DNA of 64,000 nucleotides, taken from assembly GCF_001194135.2 (NCBI RefSeq), contig NC_068983.1, forward strand, positions 98,754,927 through 98,818,926, written 5' to 3'. A program made the position numbers and the translations under genes. Under the pieces are notes generated by a model. It saw only the letters and a program-made list of their open reading frames with translations, had not been told where the DNA came from and made no database searches. Below, in pieces: positions 52,926-64,000 of the stretch. How positions within the stretch are numbered: position 1 is the first letter of the stretch; every line of letters starts with the position of its first letter. The DNA comes from Octopus bimaculoides. Lineage: Eukaryota.

Positions 52926-54399
52926 CAGGGGTTGGACAAAATAACAGAAACACCTAGCATCATGATTTTGAAATATCTATAAAATCGTCAAAAGCTTGTT
53001 TATTTTTATGTTTTTTGATTTATTATTAGTGTTGCTTAATATGTTTTGCTAAAATTGCAGTTTCTTTTCAGACATCATCAGAAAAAGGTAATTAAAATTC
53101 ATTAAAATGACAGATCTATCGGACTTTCAAAGAGGTCAAACTGTTGGTGCTCATATGGCAGGCGTTAGAGTAACGAAAACAGCTGAAATGTTTGGTGTAT
53201 CAAGAAGTACCGTCTCGAAAGTAATGACAGCCTTTGAGAAAGATGGAAANNNNNNNNNNTATTAGTGTTGCTTAATATGTTTTGCTAAAATTGCAGTTTC
53301 TTTTCAGACATCATCAGAAAAAGGTAATTAAAATTCATTAAAATGACAGATCTATCGGACTTTCAAAGAGGTCAAACTGTTGGTGCTCATATGGCAGGCG
53401 TTAGAGTAACGAAAACAGCTGAAATGTTTGGTGTATCAAGAAGTACCGTCTCGAAAGTAATGACAGCCTTTGAGAAAGATGGAAAAACCTTGTCGTTGAA
53501 ACAAAACTCCAGAAGAAAACCAAAACTTTCAGATAGGGACTGTTGGACTCATACGCGAATCGTTAGAAAGGATCACAAAAGTACACCCAAAGAGCCAAGT
53601 TTCCACAAAAACTGTCTGCCGGGAGCTGCACAAAGCTGGATTTCACTGGAGAGCTGCAATTAGGAAACCACTACTTTCAAAAACAAACATTGCAAAGCGT
53701 TTAGAGTGGAGTAAAAACCTACAGAATTGGTCCCTAGAGGAGTGAAAGAATGTCATTTTCTTGGACGAGCCATCCTTTACCTTATTTCCGACCACTGGCC
53801 GAGTATACGTGTGGAGACAGCCAAAAGAAGCATTTGACCCAGACTGCCTTCTTCCAACAGTTAAACATGGAGGATGATCTGTGATGATCAGGTGGGGCTA
53901 TATCTTGAAAATCCGCCGGGGTAATGGTTTCCCTTCATGGAAGAATTAATAGTAAAGACTATTAAAGCATTTTATCTGATCAAATTCATCCTATGGTTGT
54001 GGAACTGTTTCTGGAGGGAAATGCAATCTTTCAGGATGATAATGCACCAATTCACACAGCTAAAGTTGTTATTGAATGACACGAGGAACATTCTAGTGAA
54101 GTTAAACATCTTACTTATCTGGCCACCACAGTCCCCAGATCTCAATATTATTGAACATTTATGGTGCATTTTAGAAAGACAAATAAGGAGTCGATATCCT
54201 TCACGATCATCACTACAAGAGTTGGAGACTGTTTTAGCTGAAGAATGGACAAAAACTTCTTTGGAAACAATTTGAACTTTGCACGAGTCCATACCTCATA
54301 GAATTCAAGCTGCAATTACTGCCAAAGGCGGTGCTACCCTATATCAAAATAGATTTGTTTGAAATTTTAAGGTGTTTCCATTATTTTGTCCAACCCCTG
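52926..54399 (+). mobile_element. Near full-length decayed Tc1-family transposon (DD36E spacing)
   Basis: TIRs CAGGGGTTGGACAAAATAA(C/T)(A/G)GAAACACC with flanking TA on both sides. Transposase remnants MTDLSDFQRGQ..., VIFLDEPSF, FQDDNAPIH, WPPQSPDLNIIEHLW, with stops and frameshifts. Confidence 0.92.
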
Positions 54400-55488
54400 T
54401 ATATATATATATATATACATATATATNNNNNNNNNNNNNNNNNNNNNNNNNNNNNNNNNNNNNNNNNNNNNNNNNNNNNNNNNNNNNNNNNNNNNNNNNN
54501 NNNNNNNNNNNNNNNNNNNNNNNNNNNNTTTCTATGCTAGCATGGGTTGGACGATTTAACTGAGGACTGGTGAACCAGATGGCTACACCAGGCTCCAATC
54601 TGATTTGGCAGAGTTTCTACAGCTGGATGCCCTTCCTAATGCCAACCACTCCGAGAGTGTAGTGGGTGCTTTTACGTGCCACCGGCACTAAGGCCAGTCA
54701 GGCGGTACTGGCAACAGCCACACTCAAAAATGGTGTATTTTACGTGCCACCTGCACAGGAGCCAGTCCGACGGCACNNNNNNNNNNATGGTGTATTTTAC
54801 GTGCCACCTGCACAGGAGCCAGTCCGACGGCACTGGTAACGACCTCGCTCGAATGTCTTTACACGTGCCACCAGCACAAGTGCCAGGAAGGCAACGCTGG
54901 GCACAGGTGCCATCACGATTTCACCTTCGCTTGCCCCAACAGGTCTTTGCAAGCCGAGTTTTGTGTCCAATGAAGGAGACGACGTTGGCATGGGTGCCAG
55001 TCGTCGAATTTAGTTCGATTTTGATNNNNNNNNNNNNNNNNNNNNNNNNNNNNNNNNNNNNNNNNNNNNNNNNNNNNNNNNNNNNNNNNNNNNNNNNNNN
55101 NNNNNNNNNNNNNNNNNNNNNNNNNNNNNNNNNNNNNNNNNNNNNNNNNNNNNNNNNNNNNNNNNNNNNNNNNNNNNNNNNNNNNNNNNNNNNNNNNNNN
55201 NNNNNNNNNNNNNNNNNNNNNNNNNNNNNNNNNNNNNNNNNNNNNNNNNNNNNNNNNNNNNNNNNNNNNNNNNNNNNNNNNNNNNNNNNNNNNNNNNNNN
55301 NNNNNNNNNNGTTATATATATATATATGTACATATATGTGTGTGCATGTGTGGCTACGTTTACTTCCCAACCATATGATTAGGGTTTTGTCCCACTGTGT
55401 GGTGCTTTGAGCAAGTGTTTTTTTTTTATATAGCGCCAACCAAAGTTTTGTCAGTGGATTTGGAAAGCAAAAGCTGAAAGAAGTCCAC

Positions 55489-55566
<78 letters not shown>

Positions 55567-57582
55567 TGTCTCCTTGCCTTGACATTGGGAGAGAATTGTA
55601 AACAAGTATCATCAACACAGAAGTGGTGCTTTCTGTTTTCAATCTTTTACGAAAAAAATAAAGATAAAAAAAAACCAAGTGCAGCAATGTGGAATATAAT
55701 TTTTTCTTGGAAACAGGTAAGAGTCAGTGACAGGAAGGACATCAGGTCATAGAATATCTTCCTCAAAGAATTCCATCTGCCCAAAGTAAGCATGGAAATG
55801 TGAAGATTAAAACAATAACACACACATACGCACACACTAGATAGAAGGTGAATTACTATCTATGGTTGTTTTCCCATTTCTTATTTCTAATCAGACCAGC
55901 AAATTCCCTCTTTCTATATTACTGGTTTTTCCTTATTTAACCTTCCAGAAAGCAGGAGATTCCTATACACAAACGTGTGTGCACATGTGCACGAACACAC
56001 ACACACACAAACTTTAGATGAGTTAAAATGTTTGTGACATATTTCAACTTCTATAGGCAAATTCACTGCAGTCAATATAGGGGGAAAAATTCTCTCATAT
56101 GATAAAAAGTGTAAACACACCATAACTGCAGCACAGTGTGCATAACTGTCCATCGGATTCCCAGAAGCAGTGTTTCTAACTCTTTAACATGTCCCAAACA
56201 TATTTTAACTAACTTAAAGTTTGCATATGCCTAATCACTACTTGGTGGCTATTAAATTTCTCCCGAGCAGGTGATCCAAAAGTATAAATCGGTCAATGTT
56301 GTTATATTTACCACACACACACACACATTTGTATATGTATAATAAATATAAATGCTATCTCATAAACCTTTATCTAATCTCGGGTCACACACAAACAAAA
56401 CCTAATGAGTTTGCAGGTTCCGACTTTATATCTTTAAAGATTTTTAGATCAGATTTGCTTTGGTGTAAAATACTGAATATCTCAACTTGATAACCTTACT
56501 GCTTCATACACATTATCAGTTACCTACAAACACTGACTTTTATCATCAGACAAAATAATTCTCCTTGACTTCTAAATGTATTGTCAAATAAGGCTGGAGA
56601 TTCTCTTGATGTATGGCTAGATTATGTGGGTACAGTGAGAGTTGTGTCATAAAGCATGTATGAGAAGACAGCGAGGATTAGGGTTATAGACAAGTCATGG
56701 GGACAGTAAGGGTTGTGTCACAGAGAATGGACACAGTAACTGTTGTTATGTAACCGACTGTGTTGGGGTTGTGTTATCGACTGTATGTAGGTCAGTGAGA
56801 GTGCTGTTACTTGATTGTGGGTAGTAGGGAGACAGTGAGAGTTGTGTCATTTGCACTGAAAACAAAATACAAACAGAAAAAGCCAAAGAGAAATCATATT
56901 GAGAAATCACATTCTGCAATTAATATTATTCTGTCTAATGTAATGTTTATTTATTCACAATGTTTTCAATTAATCATACTTTATCATATAATTTTGAAAT
57001 TTTGACGCACTCATACCAGTGGCATGTAAAAAGCACCCAGTACATTGTGGTGAGTAGTTGGCGTTAGGAAGGACATCCGGCCATAGAAGCCATGCCACAA
57101 CAGACAGTTGGAGTCTGGACAGACTCCCAGCTAGCCAGCTCCACATCAAACTGTCCAACCAATACCAGCATGGAAAGTGGATATTAAACGATGGTGAAAT
57201 AGCTTTAGAATGACATTACAGGGTAGATGTGAGAGGCCAGATCTGGCTGGTAAAACGGGTAGAATATCTGGGCTAGATATGGCCAGTTTAAAAGCTAAAA
57301 GGTTAATACTTTTAAATAGGGGAAATATTAGAATGCTAAAGAAATTGGTACAATGGAAGACAGGCAGAACAGATGCTGTAGTTGTGAAAGTAACTGGTAC
57401 AAGCTGAGGGTGGTTGTTATTCAGAGAAGATGTAAGATGAAATAAATTTAATCTTAGATAGAGGACCTTGTAGCTGACAACACATAGAATAGGGACATTC
57501 AAGAGAGAAACTGTTGTATCTAATCTCTAACCCTTGTCAGGATGGAAAACCTGGTATCTGAACCAGTGGTGGTGATAACGAC

Positions 57583-57583
<1 letters not shown>

Positions 57584-57650
<67 letters not shown>
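57584..57650. repeat. (GAT)n microsatellite
   Basis: Pure trinucleotide run. Confidence 0.97.
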
Positions 57651-57651
<1 letters not shown>

Positions 57652-58639
57652 AGTGATACTATTTCAAAAATAACTGCTTTCTATCTTGTGAACTTCGTTC
57701 TCAGGAGAGATAAGTTAGTGTTGTCTTGTCTAATAGCAATAGCAAACAGAACACAGACTATATTGGGGATGGTGTATAGAAACAATAACTTGTATTATGA
57801 ATTTAGAGGCGAGACACGAGGATAATACAACGTGCATTAATAACAGTTTATCATGCAATATTCATGGATGGAAGAAGAAAGTGAAAAAAAAAATCATTGA
57901 TATGAGTAGGATTATAGGAAATGGAGAAAGATGTAATGGAATCTACAATTGCAGTAGTGATAGTGTGACAGCTGCAACACAGCAGCAGTAGCAACAAGAA
58001 CAGCAGCAGTAGGAGCAACAACAACAGCAGCACCAGGCAGATGTTTGAGAAGCTGATGATGACATTCAATTGTTTTATTGATGCAGATAATTGAACTGAT
58101 AGGAAGAATAAGAGGGCAAGTCAGTAGCAGGAAAACAACTAGGTCTAAAGGTTCAATGGCCAGCATGTTGACAATGTGAGTGGGAAAGATGGGCATTTTA
58201 GTAGAGAGATTTTTTCTGCAAGGATTAGGTAAAAAAAGACCCCCCCCNNNNNNNNNNCCCTGCCCCACAAAAAGAAAAAAAAAATCTACTGAAAATAAAT
58301 GAAGACATGGGATCATGGATGACAGCAAGGAGTTAAAAACAAAAACAAAAAAGTCACAGTGACATAGGAAAAAAATCTCATTTCTACCCTTCAGTTTGTC
58401 CTAAATCAATATGCTCATAGGCTTAAGCCATTGTAGCCAGCCAAGTAGATAATCCAGACTTATTGCAACAATGACTTAAGCAAACTTGAAATGGGTTTTG
58501 CAGCTAGGAATTGAAAGGAGGAGGAGGGAGGGGAGGAGAAGAAGAAGAGGGAAGAAAGAGCCAAGATTCTAGTAAATGATTGGTGTACTTAGGAATTTGT
58601 GGCAACAGCAGTTTTGTGTCCCTAGATACCTAACACAAA

Positions 58640-58785
58640 CTAGTAGTAGTAGCAGTAGTGCTGGTGGTAGTAAGGGCAGCAATAGTAGTGACTGCAATGG
58701 TGGAGGTAGCAGTAGTAGTGGTGGTGCTAGTAGTAGCAGCAATAGTAGTGGTAGTAATGGTGGGAGTAGTAGTAGTAGCAGGAGC
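58640..58785. repeat. Degenerate (TAG/TGG/CAG)n low-complexity tract
   Basis: Explains the Ser/Gly-rich and Leu/Pro-rich ORFs at 58569-59036. Confidence 0.9.
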
Positions 58786-60092
58786 ACGAGGAGTTTTTTT
58801 AAGCATACACTATTTCTATAATGGAATAAGAGATGTTGAAAGTAGAATTGTATGTTAACAGCGAGTACAAAGGTTACAATATTGAACTCTGAGTAAATAA
58901 ATGTACTAAATTCTGTTGACATGCCTGAATGTCTGCCATCAGAATGCATAGACAAACAAGGGATATTTTGCAATAACTTTCCAATAAGTCTCAGGTTCCA
59001 TTCAAGTTGGAACATAGTAATTTGGAGTTTGGCCACTAGTCAGTCAGTTAGGGTACTGGCAGCATGTAAAAAGCACTCATTACACACTTGGAGTGGTTGG
59101 CGTTAGGAAGGGCATCCAACCATAGAAACCACACTGACTCAGACTGGAGCCTGGTGCGGCTCACTGGCTAACCAGTTTCAGTCAAACTGTGTAACCCATG
59201 CCAGCATGGAAAGCAGACATTAAATGATGATGATGATGAAATCTAGCCATGAGTATCATTGTATATGTCATTGTTTTAACATCCATCTTTCCATGCCAGC
59301 ATAGGTTGGAAGGAATTTGTTGAGGCTGATTTTCTACAGCCAGACACCCATCCTGTCACCAACCTTCACTTGTTTTCAAGTAAGGTAATATTTCTCCATG
59401 ACCAGACATGTTTTCCACGGAAGATTGGAAATAAAGGACACTGCTTGTGAAATGGTGATGCTTGCTTACAACAATCTCATGATGTCAAGGCAAGGAGACA
59501 GTAAAACACACACAGAATATACAAGGAGTTTTCGTCAACTGATATAATGTAATAGGTAAGTACTATGAGTGCTCAGTTTGATTTACCACTAAAACCCTGG
59601 CTTGAAACTGCTAATGGACCTCACTTGTAACTTATTTATTTGATCAATGAACTCATAATGCATACCTGTCTTACTCTGACCCTCCTTTCATTTTTGACAA
59701 ACTGGAATATACTAATATCATTGACTAGAGATATTTCTTTGTTTTTATATCTCTCTGATTTTTCCCTCTTGGATGATGGAATTTTTTTCCTATCTCCTGT
59801 TATGAGGTGTGGCTGTGTGGTAAGAAGTTTGCTTCCCATCCACATGGCTCCAGGTTCAGTCCTACTGCAAGCATCATGGACAAGTGTCTTCTGCTACAGT
59901 CTTGGGCCGACCAAAGCTTTGTGAGTGGATATGGTAGACGGAAAGCCCATTGTATGTCTGTATGTCCATGTCTTTTGTGTTGTTGTCTACGTACCCGTGG
60001 CTTAATAGTTCGGTAAAAGACCCTGATAGAGGAAGTACCGGGTTTACAAAAAGTAGTAAGTATTGCCTTATAATAATAATAATAATAATAAT

Positions 60093-61320
60093 AATACTCT
60101 AGCCGTCCCAGTTATAAGTTACAGATACAATATCCTTAACTGGACACTAAATGAACTAACGAAAATAGACACGAAAACAAGAAAAGTAATGACAGGATCT
60201 AGGATGCACCACCCAAGATCTGACATAGAAAGGTTATATATACAACGTATAGAAGATGGTAGAGGTCTTATACAGCTGGAAAACTATTATAAAATAACCA
60301 CCATAGGACTGCAAAAATACCTACTTCAGAAGCAAGGAAAACTAATACAAATAGCCACTAAACATGAGCAAAACAAAAAACTGTTTTCAGTATTCAAGGA
60401 AGCTGACAAATACAAACAAGAAGTCATACTACCTAACAAATACGAAGAAGAAGAAGAAGAAACAACAAAAGTTATAAAACAAATGAAATCCAAACTAAAA
60501 CTAGAACAGCAACGGACCATGATAAAACGATGGCAAGAAAAGCCCCTACATGGTAAATACTGGGCTAAACTAAATGCAAAAGAAATAGACAGAGAAAAAT
60601 CCCAGCAATGGTTGAGAAGCTCAGGACTCAAAGCAGAGACTGAAGAATTTTTAATTGCTGCACAAGACCAAAGCCTCTCCACCAGAAATTACCAAAAACA
60701 TATAATGAAAAGAAACATAACAAGTAACTGTAGTATATGTGGNNNNNNNNNNNNNNNNNNNNNNNNNNNNNNNNNNNNNNNNNNNNNNNNNNNNNNNNNN
60801 NNNNNNNNNNNNNNNNNNNNNNNNNNNNNNNNNNNNNNNNNNNNNNNNNNNNNNNNNNNNNNNNNNNNNNNNNNNNNNNNNNNNNNNNNNNNNNNNNNNN
60901 NNNNNNNNNNNNNNNNNNNNNNNNNNNNNNNNNNNNNNNNNNNNNNNNNNNNNNNNNNNCTAATTGATGTATCAATACCAGCAGATGACAATGTTTCTCT
61001 AAAAGAAATGGAGAAACTTTCAAAATACAAAGACCTGGAAATAGAGGTAACTTGAATGTGGAATCTAAAAACAGAAACAATTCCTATCATAGTGGGCGCA
61101 TTAGGTATGATAAAAAAATATTCAGACAAATACATAACAAAAACACCAGGACTTACAAATATATATAACATACAGAAAATTGCACTACTGGGCACTGCAC
61201 ACATCCTACACAAAACACTTTCAATACAGTAACCATAAGAGCATCACAACACATACCCAAGGCACACAGAGCTGCGCTCAGTAGTGAAGTGAAAGCACAT
61301 TATATAAATAAAACTACTGA
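60093..61320 (+). mobile_element. 5'-truncated RLE-type non-LTR retrotransposon, R4/Dong-like
   Basis: Post-RT and endonuclease region: NTLAVPVISY..., WQEKPLHG, QWLRSSGLKAETE..LIAAQDQSL, CSICG (then N gap), IDVSIP..KLSKYKDL, PIIVGALG, QKIALLGTAHIL; stop 61230-61232. (TAA)n on both sides. Confidence 0.85.
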
Positions 61321-61553
61321 ATAATAATAATGATGATTTCAAACTTTGGCATAAGGCCAGCAATTTTGGGGGAGAGGATAAGTTGGTTACATTGACCCCA
61401 GTACTCAACTGGTACTTATTTTTATCTACCCTGAAAGGATGAAAGGCAAAGTTGACCTCTGAATGTAAAAATGGATGAAATGCTGTTAAGCATTTTGCCC
61501 AGCATGCTAATGATTCTGCCGGGTCACTGCCTTAAATAATAATAATAATAATA

Positions 61554-61772
61554 GCACCAATTATTCTTGGGTCTTTGAGGACAGTATCAGAAGGCATCAG
61601 GAGAAATATTAAGGAAATCAGAATAAAGTGCCCAGTAGAACTGTTACAAAAGTTTTGCGTCTTTGGCACGGCCAAAATAATCAGGAAAGTGTTAGATAGT
61701 TGAAAAGAACAGATAGCAAATCCATTATGTATGCAAAACTTTAGGAGTTCCAACAAAACCTGAGTTAAAAAG
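61554..61772 (+). mobile_element. 3' end of a second, diverged R4/Dong-like element
   Basis: Translates APIILGSLRTVSEGIRRNIKEIRIKCPVELLQKFCVFGTAKIIRKVLDS* (stop 61701-61703), homologous to the C-terminus of the 60093 element; (AAT)n at both ends. Confidence 0.7.
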
Positions 61773-63654
61773 AATAATAATAATTCTTTCTGATTTTGGA
61801 ACAAGGCCAGCAATTTTGAAAGGAAGAGATTGATTACATCAATCTTAGTACTTGACTGGTACTTAATTTGTTGACCATTAAAAGGATGAAATGCAAAGTT
61901 GAACATGGTGGAATGTGAACTTAGAATGTAGAGAGTCAGAAGAAATGCTACCTACCATGAAGACATATACACAGAGAAATGCAGACTGAAAGTGTAAAGA
62001 AGCAGCAAGCTAAACCAGCTAGATAAATATTGTTAATTCCTGCAATATGTATGACATAAATACATGAACAATGCTGAATATTAACAAATATTCTGAACAA
62101 CAGAAAGGCTAATTAACAACATGGAAATATTAAAAGAAAAGGAAAAAAAAACAAATAATTAATCATTAAGCAAATTATTGATTAATCAAAGAGCCAAATA
62201 ATTAAGCAGCATAGGAACCACATAATTGCAATATAATTCAATGGAATATGAAGTACATTTGTATAAAATCCTATTTTTGCTATGGAAAATATTAATAGAA
62301 AATATAGTAAAGGAAAAAAAAGTATGATATTCCGTGGTAAAAATCAGAAAGAACAACCTCCCCACCGAAATACAATAGGAGCAATGACGCATAGATTAAC
62401 TAATGATTCACAAATAATATGAGGTGGAAAAAGAACAAGGGTTGGTTTGGTGTTAAGATGGCAGTGGTGATGATGATGGTGGTGGTTGTGTGGTAGTGAT
62501 GATGATGAAAAAGCAAAAGAGGTGGGGAATGATTAACAATTAAAATTAAGAGAAGAGGAAAAAGAGTGAAAATACAATCAATAGTTTGCCAAAAGCAATA
62601 TGACACAGTCATTCTTTATTATATTATCTGTGTTTTTACTAAGAACACACTGACATCTAATGGTTTGTTAAAACACCAAAGACAAGCAGTTTGGCAGAGA
62701 ATACCAGTAAGACAAAGGTAGAATATTCACATGTACTGTGTAGTAATTATGCTGGAAATTATTATCATTAATATCATATTATTTAACACGCAGGCTTATT
62801 GATATTATTATTTAGCTTGTTTTCTGAGTTCAAAGTCCCACAAGGTCAACTTTGCCTTTCATCCTTTTGGGATCAATGAAATAAGTATTAGTTGTGCACT
62901 AGGGTCAATATAATCAACCTCCCCCTTCCTTAAAAAACTGCTGGCCCCATGCCAAAATTTGAAACCATTATTATTATCATTATTTTTGTATTATTATGTT
63001 TGGCCTTTGCTTTGTATTATAGTACAAGTTGATTCCAAAACTTCAAGAGACAAGAAGTTAGAAGTTCAAGTCAGTATTATGACAAGGGTACCACATTTTT
63101 GGTTTTGCACAGAGTATTGTGGTTGTTTATTTTATTGGATATTTGCTATATAGAGTGTGTCTTGTGTTTGTGGATTGTTTTGTTTGGGTTGTATTATTGA
63201 TTTATCATTATTAGAAAGCTCATAATAACCCCTGCTTATTTTAATATGATTTAAAAACCTAGATAACATTGTTAGAAACAAAGCAGAAGTTAATGGATAT
63301 GAAACACACACACAACAGAACTTCAAGGACAAAGAAATACAATAAAGTATATGATATAATATGCCTTGAAAGAAAGGTTGATAGATAAATTTTAAAAAGC
63401 TATATTGCAATATTAATTAAATAACATGAAGGTGACGGCTGGACAGCCTCTTCAATTTTATATAATTTATTATTTTTCTGAAATAGGTAGATTTATTCAA
63501 TCTCAACTCAAGTTCATTTGTTCTACCCTTTCTCTTCTTAGGTCACCCCTCATTGTGTTACACATCTCAAAAGAAAAACATGTTTCACTGTCATATGTCA
63601 CATGTATGTATGTATGTATGTATGTATATCTATCTATATAAACTTATTTTACAA

Positions 63655-64000
63655 CTAGCTAAGGATAAACCTCTGTACCTGGCTTTCGTTGACATGGAGA
63701 AAGCCTTTGACAGGGTCCCCCGATCCCTTATCTGGTGGTCAATGAGGAAACTTGGGATAGAAGAATGGTTAGTGAGAGCTGTGCGAGTCATGTACAGAGA
63801 TGCTGCCAGTAAGGTGAGGGTTGGAAATGAGTACAGCAATGAATTCCGGGTAGAGGTAGGGGTCCACCAAGGTTCCGTCCTCAGCCCCCTCTTATTTATC
63901 ATAGTCCTCCAGGCAATCACAGAGGAGTTCAAGACAGGTTGCCCCTGGGAGCTCCTCTATGCTGATGACCTTGCCCTAATTGCGGAGTCACTATCAGAAC
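63655..64000 (+). mobile_element. RTE-clade LINE reverse transcriptase fragment, 5'-truncated, runs off the window
   Basis: 115 uninterrupted codons: LYLAFVDMEKAFDRVPR...GVHQGSVLSPLLF...ELLYADDLAL. GC-richer than the flanks. Confidence 0.92.

Larger units (their letters stand above)
6798..60959. other. Ten assembly gaps: 6798-7066, 7861-7926, 18901-18910, 51697-51813, 53250-53259, 54427-54528, 54777-54786, 55026-55310, 58248-58257, 60743-60959
   Basis: N runs read directly; most abut microsatellites or homopolymers. Confidence 0.98.

Noticed and set aside
53024-53485. 226-bp tandem duplication inside the Tc1 element (53024-53249 repeated from 53260)
   Set aside because: Identical copies either side of a 10-N gap; typical unmerged contig overlap, so an assembly artefact.
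54729-54834. ~47-bp direct repeat in a retroposon
   Set aside because: Also straddles a 10-N gap (54777-54786); probably an artefact.
50714-63070. Several other short plus-strand AG...GT open segments (e.g. near 50714, 56058, 57320, 62643, 63022)
   Set aside because: Segments of 15-30 codons are expected by chance in this composition; they form no consistent phase chain and have no recognisable product.

Overview
AT-rich animal genomic DNA that is almost entirely intronic and saturated with repeats. The SINE/MITE families resemble those of octopod cephalopods (my inference from recalled repeat sequences, not a database result). The only gene I can firmly support is WAPL (wings apart-like, the cohesin release factor) on the minus strand. 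Eight GT-AG exons between 39709 and 12327 splice in frame into 350 codons of the conserved C-terminal WAPL domain, and most are missed or misframed by the ORF track. Upstream and downstream exons were not found in the window. The introns hold decayed Tc1/mariner transposases (DD37D and DD36E spacing), two R4/Dong-like fragments in (TAA)n tracts, a young RTE reverse-transcriptase fragment, a 3' LTR with polypurine tract, hAT/piggyBac/Tc1-type MITEs, several SINE families, minisatellites, microsatellites and ten N gaps. The most unusual structure is a pair of ~250-bp fold-back insertions with 12-13 bp target duplications and a shared inversion boundary, an architecture resembling Penelope-like elements. 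Nearly all other ORFs in the track are translations of microsatellites or repeats.
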